A DNA stretch of 64,000 bases from an uncultured Bryobacterales bacterium (GTDB lineage: Bacteria > Acidobacteriota > Terriglobia > Bryobacterales > UBA6623). The stretch's first letter is position 1; each line of letters begins with the position of its first letter. The notes beneath the pieces were generated by a model. The model did no database searches. It saw only the letters and a list, made by a program, of their open reading frames with translations, and was not told the DNA's origin. Of the stretch, positions 56,311 to 64,000 are shown piece after piece. The translations under genes and the position numbers were made by a program. The stretch is taken from contig OX638379.1 of NCBI GenBank assembly GCA_951813605.1, positions 2,578,062 through 2,642,061 of the forward strand, given 5' to 3'.

Positions 56311-59300
56311 TCACAGGCTGCGGATCGCGCCGAGCGCGGCTGCCGGATTCCAGCCCCCTGCCAAGGCAGGAGGGGCCGCTTGGTCAGAGGTCGGTTTGGA
56401 CTTTGCGGCAGTGAGTTGTCCCTTGACGCGGTGCTGCTTGAGTTCGGCGGTCTTCCCGAGAGGCTCGATGTCGTCGCCCATCCCTCTCCTTGCCAACGCC
56501 TCGCGCAACATCTCCATGTCTCGCTCTTTCGCCATCTTGGCCCTTTCCAGAGCTTCTCCGGCCCGCCGCTTCAGCCACGCATCTGTCTGTGCGGCATGGT
56601 CTTCGGCCAGCTGGCCGATCAATTCGTCGTGCAACGCCCCCAGATCGTTGATCTTCTCGGCTACCTCTTGGCGCTTCCGGAGCGGATCAAGGTCGGGCCT
56701 TGATTCAGCCCGAGAGTTTCCGCCCGGGCGGCCCGAGCCCCAACCGTAGTTGAGCCGCACGTAGAAGTTGGCGCCATTGAACCCGAACGGCGAGAACTGG
56801 CCGTACAAGTTGCCGACCGTCATGGCGCCAAACTGGTTCACGTCGGGGTAGACATTGAATATGTTCTCGCCGCCGACGGCCACCTGCGTGTTCGAGCCCA
56901 GCGGTATGCCGAGCTCGAGGTCCACCAGAGCCTTCCCCCCGTAGTGGGGATACATCCATGACATGCTCGGCCCGCCCGGAAGACCGACGGAGTTCCGGCC
57001 GTCCTCGCTGTCCCAGAACTGGCCGAAGTAGTTGACTCGGCCCATGAGATTCCAACGCCGGGCATCATGTGTGACAGTGAAATTCCAACGTGTGCGCGGC
57101 AACCCCTGTTCCAGCGTGGTGATGCGGAACCGGTCGATCACGGACGTCTGAAGGTTGTGCACCTCCGTGTCCGTGAAGTTGAAGACTGCGCTGATTGTGG
57201 TCCGCCCTGCCACATACGTGGAGATCAGGTCGACGCCCTGTGTCAGTGTCGAGAAGTCGTTGAGGAAGAAGCGGAACACCGGGAAGTTTCGCGCCTCCGG
57301 AATCCCTTCCGCCAGCAAGGTTTCAATCTCGGATTCGCTCAAGGCGACTTCCTGCGACAGAGCGAGTCGATCATCGATGTTGACGCGGAAGAAATCAGCC
57401 GTGAAGGTGAAGTTACCCTTCTCCACAACTGCACCGCCGCTCATGTTGAACGATTTTTCGGGCTGCAGCTGGCCGCCTCCGCGAGCCATGGCCACGGACG
57501 AAGTCGCGGGGACAACGCCGTTGTTGGTCAACTGTCCGCCGATGAACGCCGTTGTCACGTTGAACGCGTTCTGCTGCCCGGGCGTTGGCGCACGGAAGCC
57601 CGTGCTGACCGCACCGCGCACGGCCAGCGGGCCGGCCACCTTGACGCGTCCCGAGACCTTGCCGTTCAGCGTGCTCCCGAAATCGTCGAAATTCTCGAAG
57701 CGGACAGCGGTGCCGAACGTCCAGCGCCCCGCCTGGGAGAATTCGACATCCCCGTAGGCGGCAATGTTGTTGCGGCCCCAAGAGCCCGCCGTAGTGTCGG
57801 CGCGATACCCGTTGAACCCGTTAGAACCGGAACTGAAGCCCTGTGCTGCATATGGCCCGATCGTCCACGATGCGTCATCGCCGGCTCCAACAGTGAACTC
57901 CTCCCGTCGCCACTCTGCGCCGGCGGCGACATGGACTATGTCGCTAACGGGATAAGAAACATCAAAGTTGAGGTTGGTCTCATCTTGCCGGTAGATTCCA
58001 GGCCGGAACTGTGTCGGCGTATCGAAGCCAAGCGAGGCATTGACCGTGTCGTTGATGAATTGGTCGATTTCGCTGGTGCCCCGGCTCAGGCTGGCGTCCC
58101 AAGTGAAGCCGTTCTTGGCGAAGCCACGGAAGCCGCCGACGATCGAGTAGTCGATCAGGTCCCCGCCGAACTGCGGCGTGAACCCTCCGGGGAACCGGCT
58201 GTAGAGGGTGAAACAGTTCGGGTTGGACTCGACTGCGCTTAACGCTGCCGCGTCAGGGACATGATTGTGGATCGGGATCGGCGGGCAGCCACCGGCGCCG
58301 ACTTCGCCGGTTTGCGCCTGAAGCCGGTCTCCAACGAGCAACGATGGCGTTCCGTCCTCGAGCACCGGGCCGCGGAAGACGCCTCCGCGCGTGTGAGGGT
58401 TCCTGAAATAAAAGCCGCCCGTCACCTTGCGATTGACGTAGTTGGTGTGACCGTAGAACTGCAAGCTGTCGGAGAACTGGTGTCCGAAGTTTCCGAAGAG
58501 CTTGAGATCGTGATTGACGCGCGGGGAGCCCCAAACTTGGGCGGTGTTGCGGATATTGCCGTTGCCCGCGTCGATGATGGACTGTGCGTCCAAGCGCTGG
58601 ATCGAGCGGCTGGTAGGCTCTGCAGTGCCGTATTCCATGCTGAAGTTGCCGAAGCCGTTGGAGCCCAGCGGCACGCCGATATTCCCCGCCACGGAGAATG
58701 TCCGGCCGTGGCCGCCGATTCCGTTGCAGGAATGCTTGATGTCGCCGATGTTGTCGCCGCAGGTTGACGGGTCCCCTGGATTGGCGTCGCGGAAGCCTCC
58801 CGTCTGGATCTCGAAACTCCCCCCCGAGGGATCGTTCTTGAGCTGGAAGTTCATGACTCCTGCGATCGCGTCCGATCCATACTGGGCCGCTGCGCCGTCG
58901 CGCAGCACCTCGGCCTGCCGAATGGCGATCGAGGGTATGACCGAGATGTCTGGCCCTTGCGAGCCGTCCGCAATGCCATTGCCCAGCCAAGTGATGACCG
59001 CCGCCCGGTGGCGGCGCTTGCCGTTGACCAAGATGAGCGTGTGGTCGGGCGCCAAGTTGCGCAAGTTTGCCGGACGGACCACGGTCGCCGCATCGCTGAT
59101 GGGCTGGGTGTTGATGTTGAAAGACGGGATGACCGTCCGCAACTGGCCAACCAGGTCCCGGCTCCCCTGCCGAGCAAGGTCCTTGGTACTGATGACGTCC
59201 ACGGGCACGGTGGACTCGATTACCGAGCGTGGCTCGCCGCGGCTGCCGACGACCACCACGGTTTCGGTCACGGTCGCCACTTCGAGACGAAAGTCTCGCT

Positions 59301-59610
59301 CAACCTCTCCGCCAGCAGCCAGCTCAACACCGTCGGCGATACCGATCTCGAAGCCTTGGGTTTCGGCCGTGACGGTGTAGGTTCCTGGCTCCAGCGTCAA
59401 TTCGTACGCGCCATCGGCTCCAGTCGAAGCGGTCGCTTCGGCTCCGGTGGCGTTGTTGCTCGCGGCAATTTGCGCACCTGCGATGACCAAGCCGGAGTCA
59501 TCGGTCACCTCTCCACGCAAGGTGGCAGTGTTCTGAGCGTACGCGACGCCGCCAACCGACGCCAAAGATAACCCTAGAAGGGTAATCTTGAATAACCATT
59601 GAGTATGCAT
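56311..59610 (-). CDS. TonB-dependent receptor with CarboxypepD_reg N-domain, canonical plug and barrel, plus a 142-aa post-barrel extension
   Basis: A signal peptide is present (MHTQWLFKITLLGLSLASVGGVAYAQ), followed by GEVTDDSGLVIAGAQIAASNNATG...YELTLEPGTYTV. The plug reads VDVISTKDLARQG...LILVNGKRR...EVLRDGAAAQYGSDAIAGVMNF. The barrel ends GANFYVRLNYGW at 56740, after which the ORF continues to 56311. GGAGG lies 6 nt before the ATG. Confidence 0.85.
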   Translation of the reverse strand: MHTQWLFKITLLGLSLASVGGVAYAQNTATLRGEVTDDSGLVIAGAQIAASNNATGAEATASTGADGAYELTLEPGTYTVTAETQGFEIGIADGVELAAGGEVERDFRLEVATVTETVVVVGSRGEPRSVIESTVPVDVISTKDLARQGSRDLVGQLRTVIPSFNINTQPISDAATVVRPANLRNLAPDHTLILVNGKRRHRAAVITWLGNGIADGSQGPDISVIPSIAIRQAEVLRDGAAAQYGSDAIAGVMNFQLKNDPSGGSFEIQTGGFRDANPGDPSTCGDNIGDIKHSCNGIGGHGRTFSVAGNIGVPLGSNGFGNFSMEYGTAEPTSRSIQRLDAQSIIDAGNGNIRNTAQVWGSPRVNHDLKLFGNFGHQFSDSLQFYGHTNYVNRKVTGGFYFRNPHTRGGVFRGPVLEDGTPSLLVGDRLQAQTGEVGAGGCPPIPIHNHVPDAAALSAVESNPNCFTLYSRFPGGFTPQFGGDLIDYSIVGGFRGFAKNGFTWDASLSRGTSEIDQFINDTVNASLGFDTPTQFRPGIYRQDETNLNFDVSYPVSDIVHVAAGAEWRREEFTVGAGDDASWTIGPYAAQGFSSGSNGFNGYRADTTAGSWGRNNIAAYGDVEFSQAGRWTFGTAVRFENFDDFGSTLNGKVSGRVKVAGPLAVRGAVSTGFRAPTPGQQNAFNVTTAFIGGQLTNNGVVPATSSVAMARGGGQLQPEKSFNMSGGAVVEKGNFTFTADFFRVNIDDRLALSQEVALSESEIETLLAEGIPEARNFPVFRFFLNDFSTLTQGVDLISTYVAGRTTISAVFNFTDTEVHNLQTSVIDRFRITTLEQGLPRTRWNFTVTHDARRWNLMGRVNYFGQFWDSEDGRNSVGLPGGPSMSWMYPHYGGKALVDLELGIPLGSNTQVAVGGENIFNVYPDVNQFGAMTVGNLYGQFSPFGFNGANFYVRLNYGWGSGRPGGNSRAESRPDLDPLRKRQEVAEKINDLGALHDELIGQLAEDHAAQTDAWLKRRAGEALERAKMAKERDMEMLREALARRGMGDDIEPLGKTAELKQHRVKGQLTAAKSKPTSDQAAPPALAGGWNPAAALGAIRSL

Positions 59611-59665
59611 GAATTCCTCCTTAGAACGTTAGAGTATCGCAGGACAGAAAGATCAAACGATATGA

Positions 59666-59673
59666 TTTACATT
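59666..59673. repeat. TTTACATT, copy 1 of a thrice-repeated 8-bp target sequence
   Basis: It lies immediately left of the IS-B TIR. Identical 8-mers occur at 61177..61184 and 62223..62230. Confidence 0.8.
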
Positions 59674-59729
59674 GGGGATTATGTAGTTGAGTGCCCAAAT
59701 CGCCTGTAAGAGACTGATTCCACAAGCAC

Positions 59730-59918
59730 TTACCGGGGACGCTTCCAATCCTTCACCCGGCGGACCCTGACGGGCTGCAAAACAGCCTTGGCAAATTCCT
59801 CCAAAGTCCCGTTAAAGCTGAGCGTCTCCCGCAGCTCAGCAGCGCTGGGCCGGTAGGTGTCGGGAGGCAATTCCACCTCCCTGGCCTCTGTTGCGGGTCG
59901 GGTCTTCTCGCGTTTCAA
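59730..59918 (-). CDS. Homologue of the IS-A 62-aa terminal ORF (probable TTG start)
   Basis: (L/M)KREKTRPATEAREVELPPDTYRPSAAELRETLSFNGTLEEFAKAVLQPVRVRRVKDWKRPR. It has the same length as the IS-A ORF and aligns without gaps, with 23 identical positions by hand count. The track ORF 59730..60071 extends upstream through MTase debris. Confidence 0.4.
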   Translation of the reverse strand: MKREKTRPATEAREVELPPDTYRPSAAELRETLSFNGTLEEFAKAVLQPVRVRRVKDWKRPR

Positions 59919-60108
59919 GGGCGTCTCCCGTACGCCCCTATTGTCGCAGCCCCGGCAACCTCCGATCCAATCGGGGCCTCGCAGTTCCGATGCGCAGGCA
60001 ACGGCGGATCGAGGTAGATCAGGCCCTCGGAATCCCCGTTGCTGCCGCGATTGTGTCGAGCTTGTCCCCACGGCACAGGGTGCGCTTGTTGACGTTCAGC
60101 GCCACTAC
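59919..60108 (-). pseudogene. N-terminal remnant of the cargo DNA methyltransferase (contains DPP motif), frameshifted and truncated
   Basis: VALNVNKRTLCRGDKLDTIAAATGIP.. is followed, after a frame change, by EGLIYLDPPLPAHRNCEAPIGSEVAGAA. The start GTG overlaps the transposase stop. LIYLDPP is catalytic motif IV, which is missing from the IS-A relic. Confidence 0.45.
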
Positions 60109-61100
60109 GTCACCGCCTTGGCACCGGACTGCAAACCGTTGGCCTTGATCAGGGCCTTGTAGGTGAGCCGCTTGCCCTCCATCCCGCGCCGCAGCGAGCC
60201 GATCTGCTCGAGGGTGTCCTGCTCACGCACATTGTGGCGTCCGGCGAACTCCTGCACGTAGCGCTCCAGATGCTTCGGGCTGAACTTGTGGAAAGTGCCC
60301 TTGTGGGCGCGTTTCAGCATCGACCACAAGGATTCGATTCCGTTGGTGTGCACCTCACCTTTGACGTACTCCTGCAGCGAGTGCTTGACCGTGTCGTGCT
60401 CGAACGGCAGCGTCTCGTAAGCCGTCGCATCGTCGGTGTAGACCGTGGCCGCGGAGTCTGCGTGCTCGCTCACGAACCCTTGCAGCGTCTCCTTGTCGGT
60501 CGCTGCCACCACCTTGGCAGCCACCTGGTTGGTCTCGCGATCCTTCGCGCCCACCACCGCGGTCTTGCCGACCGCGCCCCGGCCCGTGCCCTCCAGTGCC
60601 TTGCGCTGGGCATTCGACATGTTGCGACGCTTGCCGCCCAGGTAGGTCTCGTCGGCCTCGACCGGCCCGCTGAACGGCCCGACCCGCTCGGTCAGCGCCA
60701 GCCGCAAGCGGTGGGCTAGGAACCAGGCCGACCGCTGGTTGATCTCTAGGTCCCGGTGCAGCTTCATGGATGACACGCCCTTGAGGTTCGTCATGACCAG
60801 AAACATCGCCAGCAGCCAGTCCTGGTAGCCGATCTTCGAGCATTCCATAACCGTGCCCGTCCGCACGCTGAAGCGCTTGCGGCCACAAGCCTTCTCGCGG
60901 CAGCGGAACCGCATGGTCTTGTGCTGGCATCCGAGCTGGACTCTCCGTGACCCGCAATACGGGCAGCACACCCCGGACGGCCAGCGTTGCCTGATGAACC
61001 ACTCCTCGGCCTTTGCGTTACTCGGAAAGCGGCGCATGATGGCCTTTAGGCTGACGCCTTTGCGGTGCGACTTACCGGGTGCATTTGCTCTGCTCAGCAT
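60105..61100 (-). CDS. IS1595-family (ISXO2-like) transposase of IS-B
   Basis: 331 aa, collinear with the IS-A transposase and identical at roughly 70-75% of residues by eye. Shared segments include CCPYCGS, FRCRE, VEADETYLGGKRRNM and HTNGIESLWSMLKRAHKGTFHK. Confidence 0.9.
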   Translation of the reverse strand: MLSRANAPGKSHRKGVSLKAIMRRFPSNAKAEEWFIRQRWPSGVCCPYCGSRRVQLGCQHKTMRFRCREKACGRKRFSVRTGTVMECSKIGYQDWLLAMFLVMTNLKGVSSMKLHRDLEINQRSAWFLAHRLRLALTERVGPFSGPVEADETYLGGKRRNMSNAQRKALEGTGRGAVGKTAVVGAKDRETNQVAAKVVAATDKETLQGFVSEHADSAATVYTDDATAYETLPFEHDTVKHSLQEYVKGEVHTNGIESLWSMLKRAHKGTFHKFSPKHLERYVQEFAGRHNVREQDTLEQIGSLRRGMEGKRLTYKALIKANGLQSGAKAVT

Positions 61101-61176
61101 GACTTCATTCTAGTAGAAAAGTGCCCATAAGTCAAGCGGAAAATCAGCGATTTGGGCACTTAACTACATAATCCCC

Positions 61177-61184
61177 TTTACATT
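61177..61184. repeat. TTTACATT, copy 2 (between IS-B and IS-C copy 2)
   Basis: These are the only 8 bp separating the right TIR of IS-B from the left TIR of IS-C copy 2. Confidence 0.8.
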
Positions 61185-62222
61185 GGCTCAATTAGCGAAA
61201 CGTATGCATTTTGTTCGATATTTGGTATAATTCCTTTAGGTGCAGGAGGATCGTGTCCCATGACGAACGAGAGATTCCAGAGTTGGCTGGCGGGGTTGGA
61301 CCGCTTAACGGAAGCGCAGTGGTGGCAACTCGAGCAGGCCGTGCAAGAGCGCAGCGAAGGGGCTGCGGCGGTGGCCGCGATTGAACTGCAAATTGACGCC
61401 CAGCGGCGCTGTCGGCACTGCCAGGCCGGCGGGGCAGTGCGCCGCGGCAAGACGCGCGGGTTGCGCCGCTACAGTTGCAAGCAGTGCGGCAAGACGTTCA
61501 ATGCCTTGAGCGGCACGGCGCTGTCTGGATTGCATTACAAGGAGCGCTGGCTGGCGTTGGGGCGCTCATTGGTGGAGCGGGAATCGGTCCGGCAGTCGGC
61601 GCAGCGCTGCGGGGTGGCGGTCACGACCGCGTTTCGCTGGCGGCATCGCTTCATGGCGCAGGCGGGACAGTTGGCGGGGCGGCTGGAAGGGCTGGTGGAA
61701 GCGGACGAAACGTATGTGCTGGAGAGCCGCAAGGGCGAGCGGAAGCTAGAGCGGAAGGCCCGGCGGCGGGGCGGGCGGGCCCGGCAGCGGGGCCTGTCCA
61801 AGCAGCAGGTGCCGGTGCTGCTGGCCACCGCGCGCGGGGGCGCGACCGCGGGCCAAGTGCTGAAGAGAGTGAGCCAGGCGAGTTTGCAGGCCGCGCTGGA
61901 GCCGCTGCTGGCCAGCGACGCGGTGCTGCTGAGCGACGGCGGTCGAGCGTATCCGGGCTGTGCCCGGCGGCTGGGGGTCCAGCACGAGGCGGTGAACGTG
62001 TCGGCGGGCATGCGGGTGCGCGGGAGCTATCACATCCAAACGGTGAACAATCGGCACCAACAATTGACAGCGTTTCTGCAACCGTTTCGGGGGGTAGCGA
62101 CGAAGTACTTGGACAGCTACCTGCGCTGGTTTCAGCAGGTCGGATTGGTGCGAGAGGCGTCCCCTCGTAGCTGCTTGGTGGCCTCAATGACACCCCAATG
62201 CATACGTTTCGCTAATTGAGCC
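61185..62222 (+). mobile_element. IS1595-family element 'IS-C', copy 2 (1038 bp)
   Basis: It has the same 26-bp TIRs as copy 1 and is flanked by TTTACATT on both sides. Confidence 0.85.
61260..62219 (+). CDS. IS1595-family transposase (IS-C copy 2)
   Basis: 319 aa with an intact zinc ribbon (CRHCQ...CKQCG). It differs from copy 1 at 4 residues. Confidence 0.9.
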   Translation: MTNERFQSWLAGLDRLTEAQWWQLEQAVQERSEGAAAVAAIELQIDAQRRCRHCQAGGAVRRGKTRGLRRYSCKQCGKTFNALSGTALSGLHYKERWLALGRSLVERESVRQSAQRCGVAVTTAFRWRHRFMAQAGQLAGRLEGLVEADETYVLESRKGERKLERKARRRGGRARQRGLSKQQVPVLLATARGGATAGQVLKRVSQASLQAALEPLLASDAVLLSDGGRAYPGCARRLGVQHEAVNVSAGMRVRGSYHIQTVNNRHQQLTAFLQPFRGVATKYLDSYLRWFQQVGLVREASPRSCLVASMTPQCIRFAN

Positions 62223-62230
62223 TTTACATT
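62223..62230. repeat. TTTACATT, copy 3 (right of IS-C copy 2)
   Basis: It is followed by only 7 bp (ACATTTA) before the TIR of IS-A copy R. Confidence 0.8.
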
Positions 62231-62438
62231 ACATTTAGGGGATTATATACATAAGTGGCGCAGCCCCAACATCTAGGGCTTGCGCTTTCATCGATGCGCA
62301 GGCCCATCAGCAGAGGGGATTTGGCGTAGCCAAGTTCTTGGTAGAATTCGACGGAAAGATGCTCTAAGTGATTGAAAAATAGAATTGTAGACTGACTTTT
62401 CGCTTGACATGAACGCCACTTTCCTGTAAGGTAAAGGC

Positions 62439-63425
62439 ATGGCAGGAATGAAGAAGGCTCCGGGCAAGGCGTATCGCAAGGGACTCAGTTTCAAGGCGAT
62501 CTTGCGGCGGTTCCCGGACGACGCGACGGCCGAAACGTGGTTCATCAAGCAGCGTTGGCCGAAGGGGACCTGTTGCCCGTATTGCGGCTCCCTGAACGTT
62601 CAGACTGGCTGCAAGCACAAGACGATGCCGTTCCGTTGTCGCGAGAGGGTTTGCGCCAAGAAGTTCAGTGTCAGGACGAATTCGGTCATGGAGAGCTCGA
62701 AGATCGGCTATCAGGACTGGCTGGTTGCCATGTTCCTGGTGACCACGAATCTCAAGAGCGTGTCCTCGATGAAACTGCACCGGGACTTGGAGATCACACA
62801 GAAGTCAGCTTGGTTCCTGGCTCAGCGGTTGCGCAAGGCTCTCGCGGAGGACGGCCAGCTGTTCCGGGGGCCGGTCGAGGTCGATGAAACCTACTTCGGG
62901 GGCAAGCGGAAGAACATGCCGAAGCACAAGCGGGAGGAACTGAGCGGCCGCGGCGCGGTAGGCAAGACTGCCGTGGTGGGTGCCAAGGATCGCGCCACCA
63001 AACAGGTTGCCGCGAAGGTCGTCGCGTCCACCGATGCCGCAACCTTGCAGGAGTTCGTCAAGGACAACGCCGATCCCGAGGCCACCGTGTACACGGACGA
63101 TGCGACCGCATATGAGACGCTGCCGTTCGATCACGACACGGTCAAGCACTCGCTCCAGGAGTACGTCAAGGGAGACGGGCACACCAATGGCATCGAGTCC
63201 CTCTGGTCGATGCTCAAGAGGGCGCACAAGGGCACGTTCCACAAGATCAGCTCAAAGCACCTGGATCGGTACGTGCAGGAGTTCGCCGGCCGCCATAACC
63301 TGCGCGAGCAGGATACGATCGATCAGTTGCGGTCCCTGCGCTCCGGGATGGAGAGCAAGCGGCTGACCTACAAGGCCCTGATTAAGGACAACGGCTTGAA
63401 GTCCGGGGCCAGGGCGACTGCGTGA
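62439..63425 (+). CDS. IS1595-family (ISXO2-like) transposase, IS-A copy R
   Basis: The 328-aa product is identical to that of 48538..49524. Confidence 0.9.
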   Translation: MAGMKKAPGKAYRKGLSFKAILRRFPDDATAETWFIKQRWPKGTCCPYCGSLNVQTGCKHKTMPFRCRERVCAKKFSVRTNSVMESSKIGYQDWLVAMFLVTTNLKSVSSMKLHRDLEITQKSAWFLAQRLRKALAEDGQLFRGPVEVDETYFGGKRKNMPKHKREELSGRGAVGKTAVVGAKDRATKQVAAKVVASTDAATLQEFVKDNADPEATVYTDDATAYETLPFDHDTVKHSLQEYVKGDGHTNGIESLWSMLKRAHKGTFHKISSKHLDRYVQEFAGRHNLREQDTIDQLRSLRSGMESKRLTYKALIKDNGLKSGARATA

Positions 63426-64000
63426 TGGCAGCGCTCAACGTCAAGAACCGTACGCTGTTCACCGGTGACAACCGCGACGTGCTCCGGGGCAATCGGCTCC
63501 GAGGCGGCGGGCGCGGCGTTCAAGGACACCTGGACGCTCGTCACGCTGCAGGACATCTGGGCCGATATCGGACCGATCTCATCACGGTCGAAGGAGAGGA
63601 TCGGCTATCCCACGCAGAAGCCGCTAGCGCTGCTGGAGCGGATCATCAAGGCGAGTTCGAACGAGGGTGATGTCGTACTGGACCCGTTCTGCGGATGTGC
63701 CACCGCTCTGGCAGCGGCGGAGACGCTCAACCGCCAATGGATCGGGATCGACCTGTCCAGTCTCGCGGTCCAGCTGGTCCTGTCGAGACTTCAGAAGGCC
63801 GCCGATGACGGAGCATTACTCGCAAGCGGGTGGTTGCCAGAGGTGCACCATCGCACTCAGACCCCCAGAAGGACGGACGTCGGCAAGCTGCCGCCCTACA
63901 AGACGCATCGGCACACGCTCTACGGACAGCAGGAAGGCCACTGCGCTGGCTGCAAGCACCACTTCGCCTTGCGCAACCTGACCGTGGATCACATCGTGGC
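63425..64000 (+). pseudogene. Methyltransferase-HNH relic of IS-A copy R (partial, runs off window)
   Basis: The sequence matches 47836..48541, and the ATG overlaps the transposase TGA (TGATG). Confidence 0.6.

Larger units (their letters stand above)
59674..61176 (-). mobile_element. IS1595-family element 'IS-B' (1503 bp), a diverged relative of IS-A
   Basis: It has 30-bp TIRs, GGGGATTATGTAGTT(G/A)AGTGCCCAAATCGC, with 1 mismatch. It is flanked by TTTACATT on both sides. The gene order matches IS-A: transposase, MTase remnant, 62-codon ORF. Confidence 0.85.
62238..64000 (+). mobile_element. IS-A copy R (inverted relative to copy L; truncated by the window edge, expected end about 64374)
   Basis: It starts with the same TIR, GGGGATTATATACATAAGTGGCGCAGCCCC. 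Every ORF in every frame of the track is identical to its counterpart in 47963..49725, and spot-checked nucleotides match. Confidence 0.85.

Noticed and set aside
1-64000. CRISPR arrays or other regularly spaced short repeats
   Set aside because: None were seen. The only repeats are IS copies, their TIRs and TSDs, the Fic 5' duplication and the ATTTTTTGC boxes.

Overview
GC-rich bacterial chromosomal window. The gene content points to Acidobacteriota (Solibacter/Bryobacter-like) or Planctomycetota, by inference only: CarboxypepD_reg-type TonB-dependent receptors, a PSCyt/DUF1553 + DUF1501 pair, DUF1080, CRTAC1/ASPIC and Tat-signal sulfatases. (1) 1-16 kb holds housekeeping genes plus a complete nitrate-assimilation cluster. 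It comprises a GAF-ANTAR regulator, a fused NirB-NirD nitrite reductase, a ~1 kb non-coding divergent control region, a NasA/NarB-type molybdopterin nitrate reductase and a NarK transporter. The nitrate reductase is translationally coupled to an unusual DmsB-like ferredoxin fused to a DmsC-like membrane anchor. (2) 17-47 kb encodes secreted or cell-envelope proteins. These include two paralogous ~1000-aa beta-propeller + PHP-type metallohydrolase proteins, a TPR protein, CRTAC1-like, sulfatase, DUF1080, DUF1501/DUF1553 and two GH-like paralogues. Interspersed are decay products: an IS1634-like transposase relic, a 5'-truncated TBDR, a disrupted porin and a frameshifted serine recombinase. An AT-rich island at about 30.2-33.8 kb carries a Phd/PIN relic, a Fic protein with a duplicated 5' end, and ArsR. 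(3) 47.6-64 kb is a nest of five IS1595-family elements of three types. Two identical, inverted 2.1-kb copies bracket two TBDR genes like a composite transposon. Two of the IS types carry a decayed DNA-methyltransferase-HNH cargo plus a conserved 62-codon ORF. Three ISs sit within 15 bp of each other and reuse the same 8-bp target, TTTACATT. No rRNA, tRNA or CRISPR array was recognised. Several frameshifts lie at or next to short mononucleotide runs, so they may be assembly indels rather than true pseudogenes.
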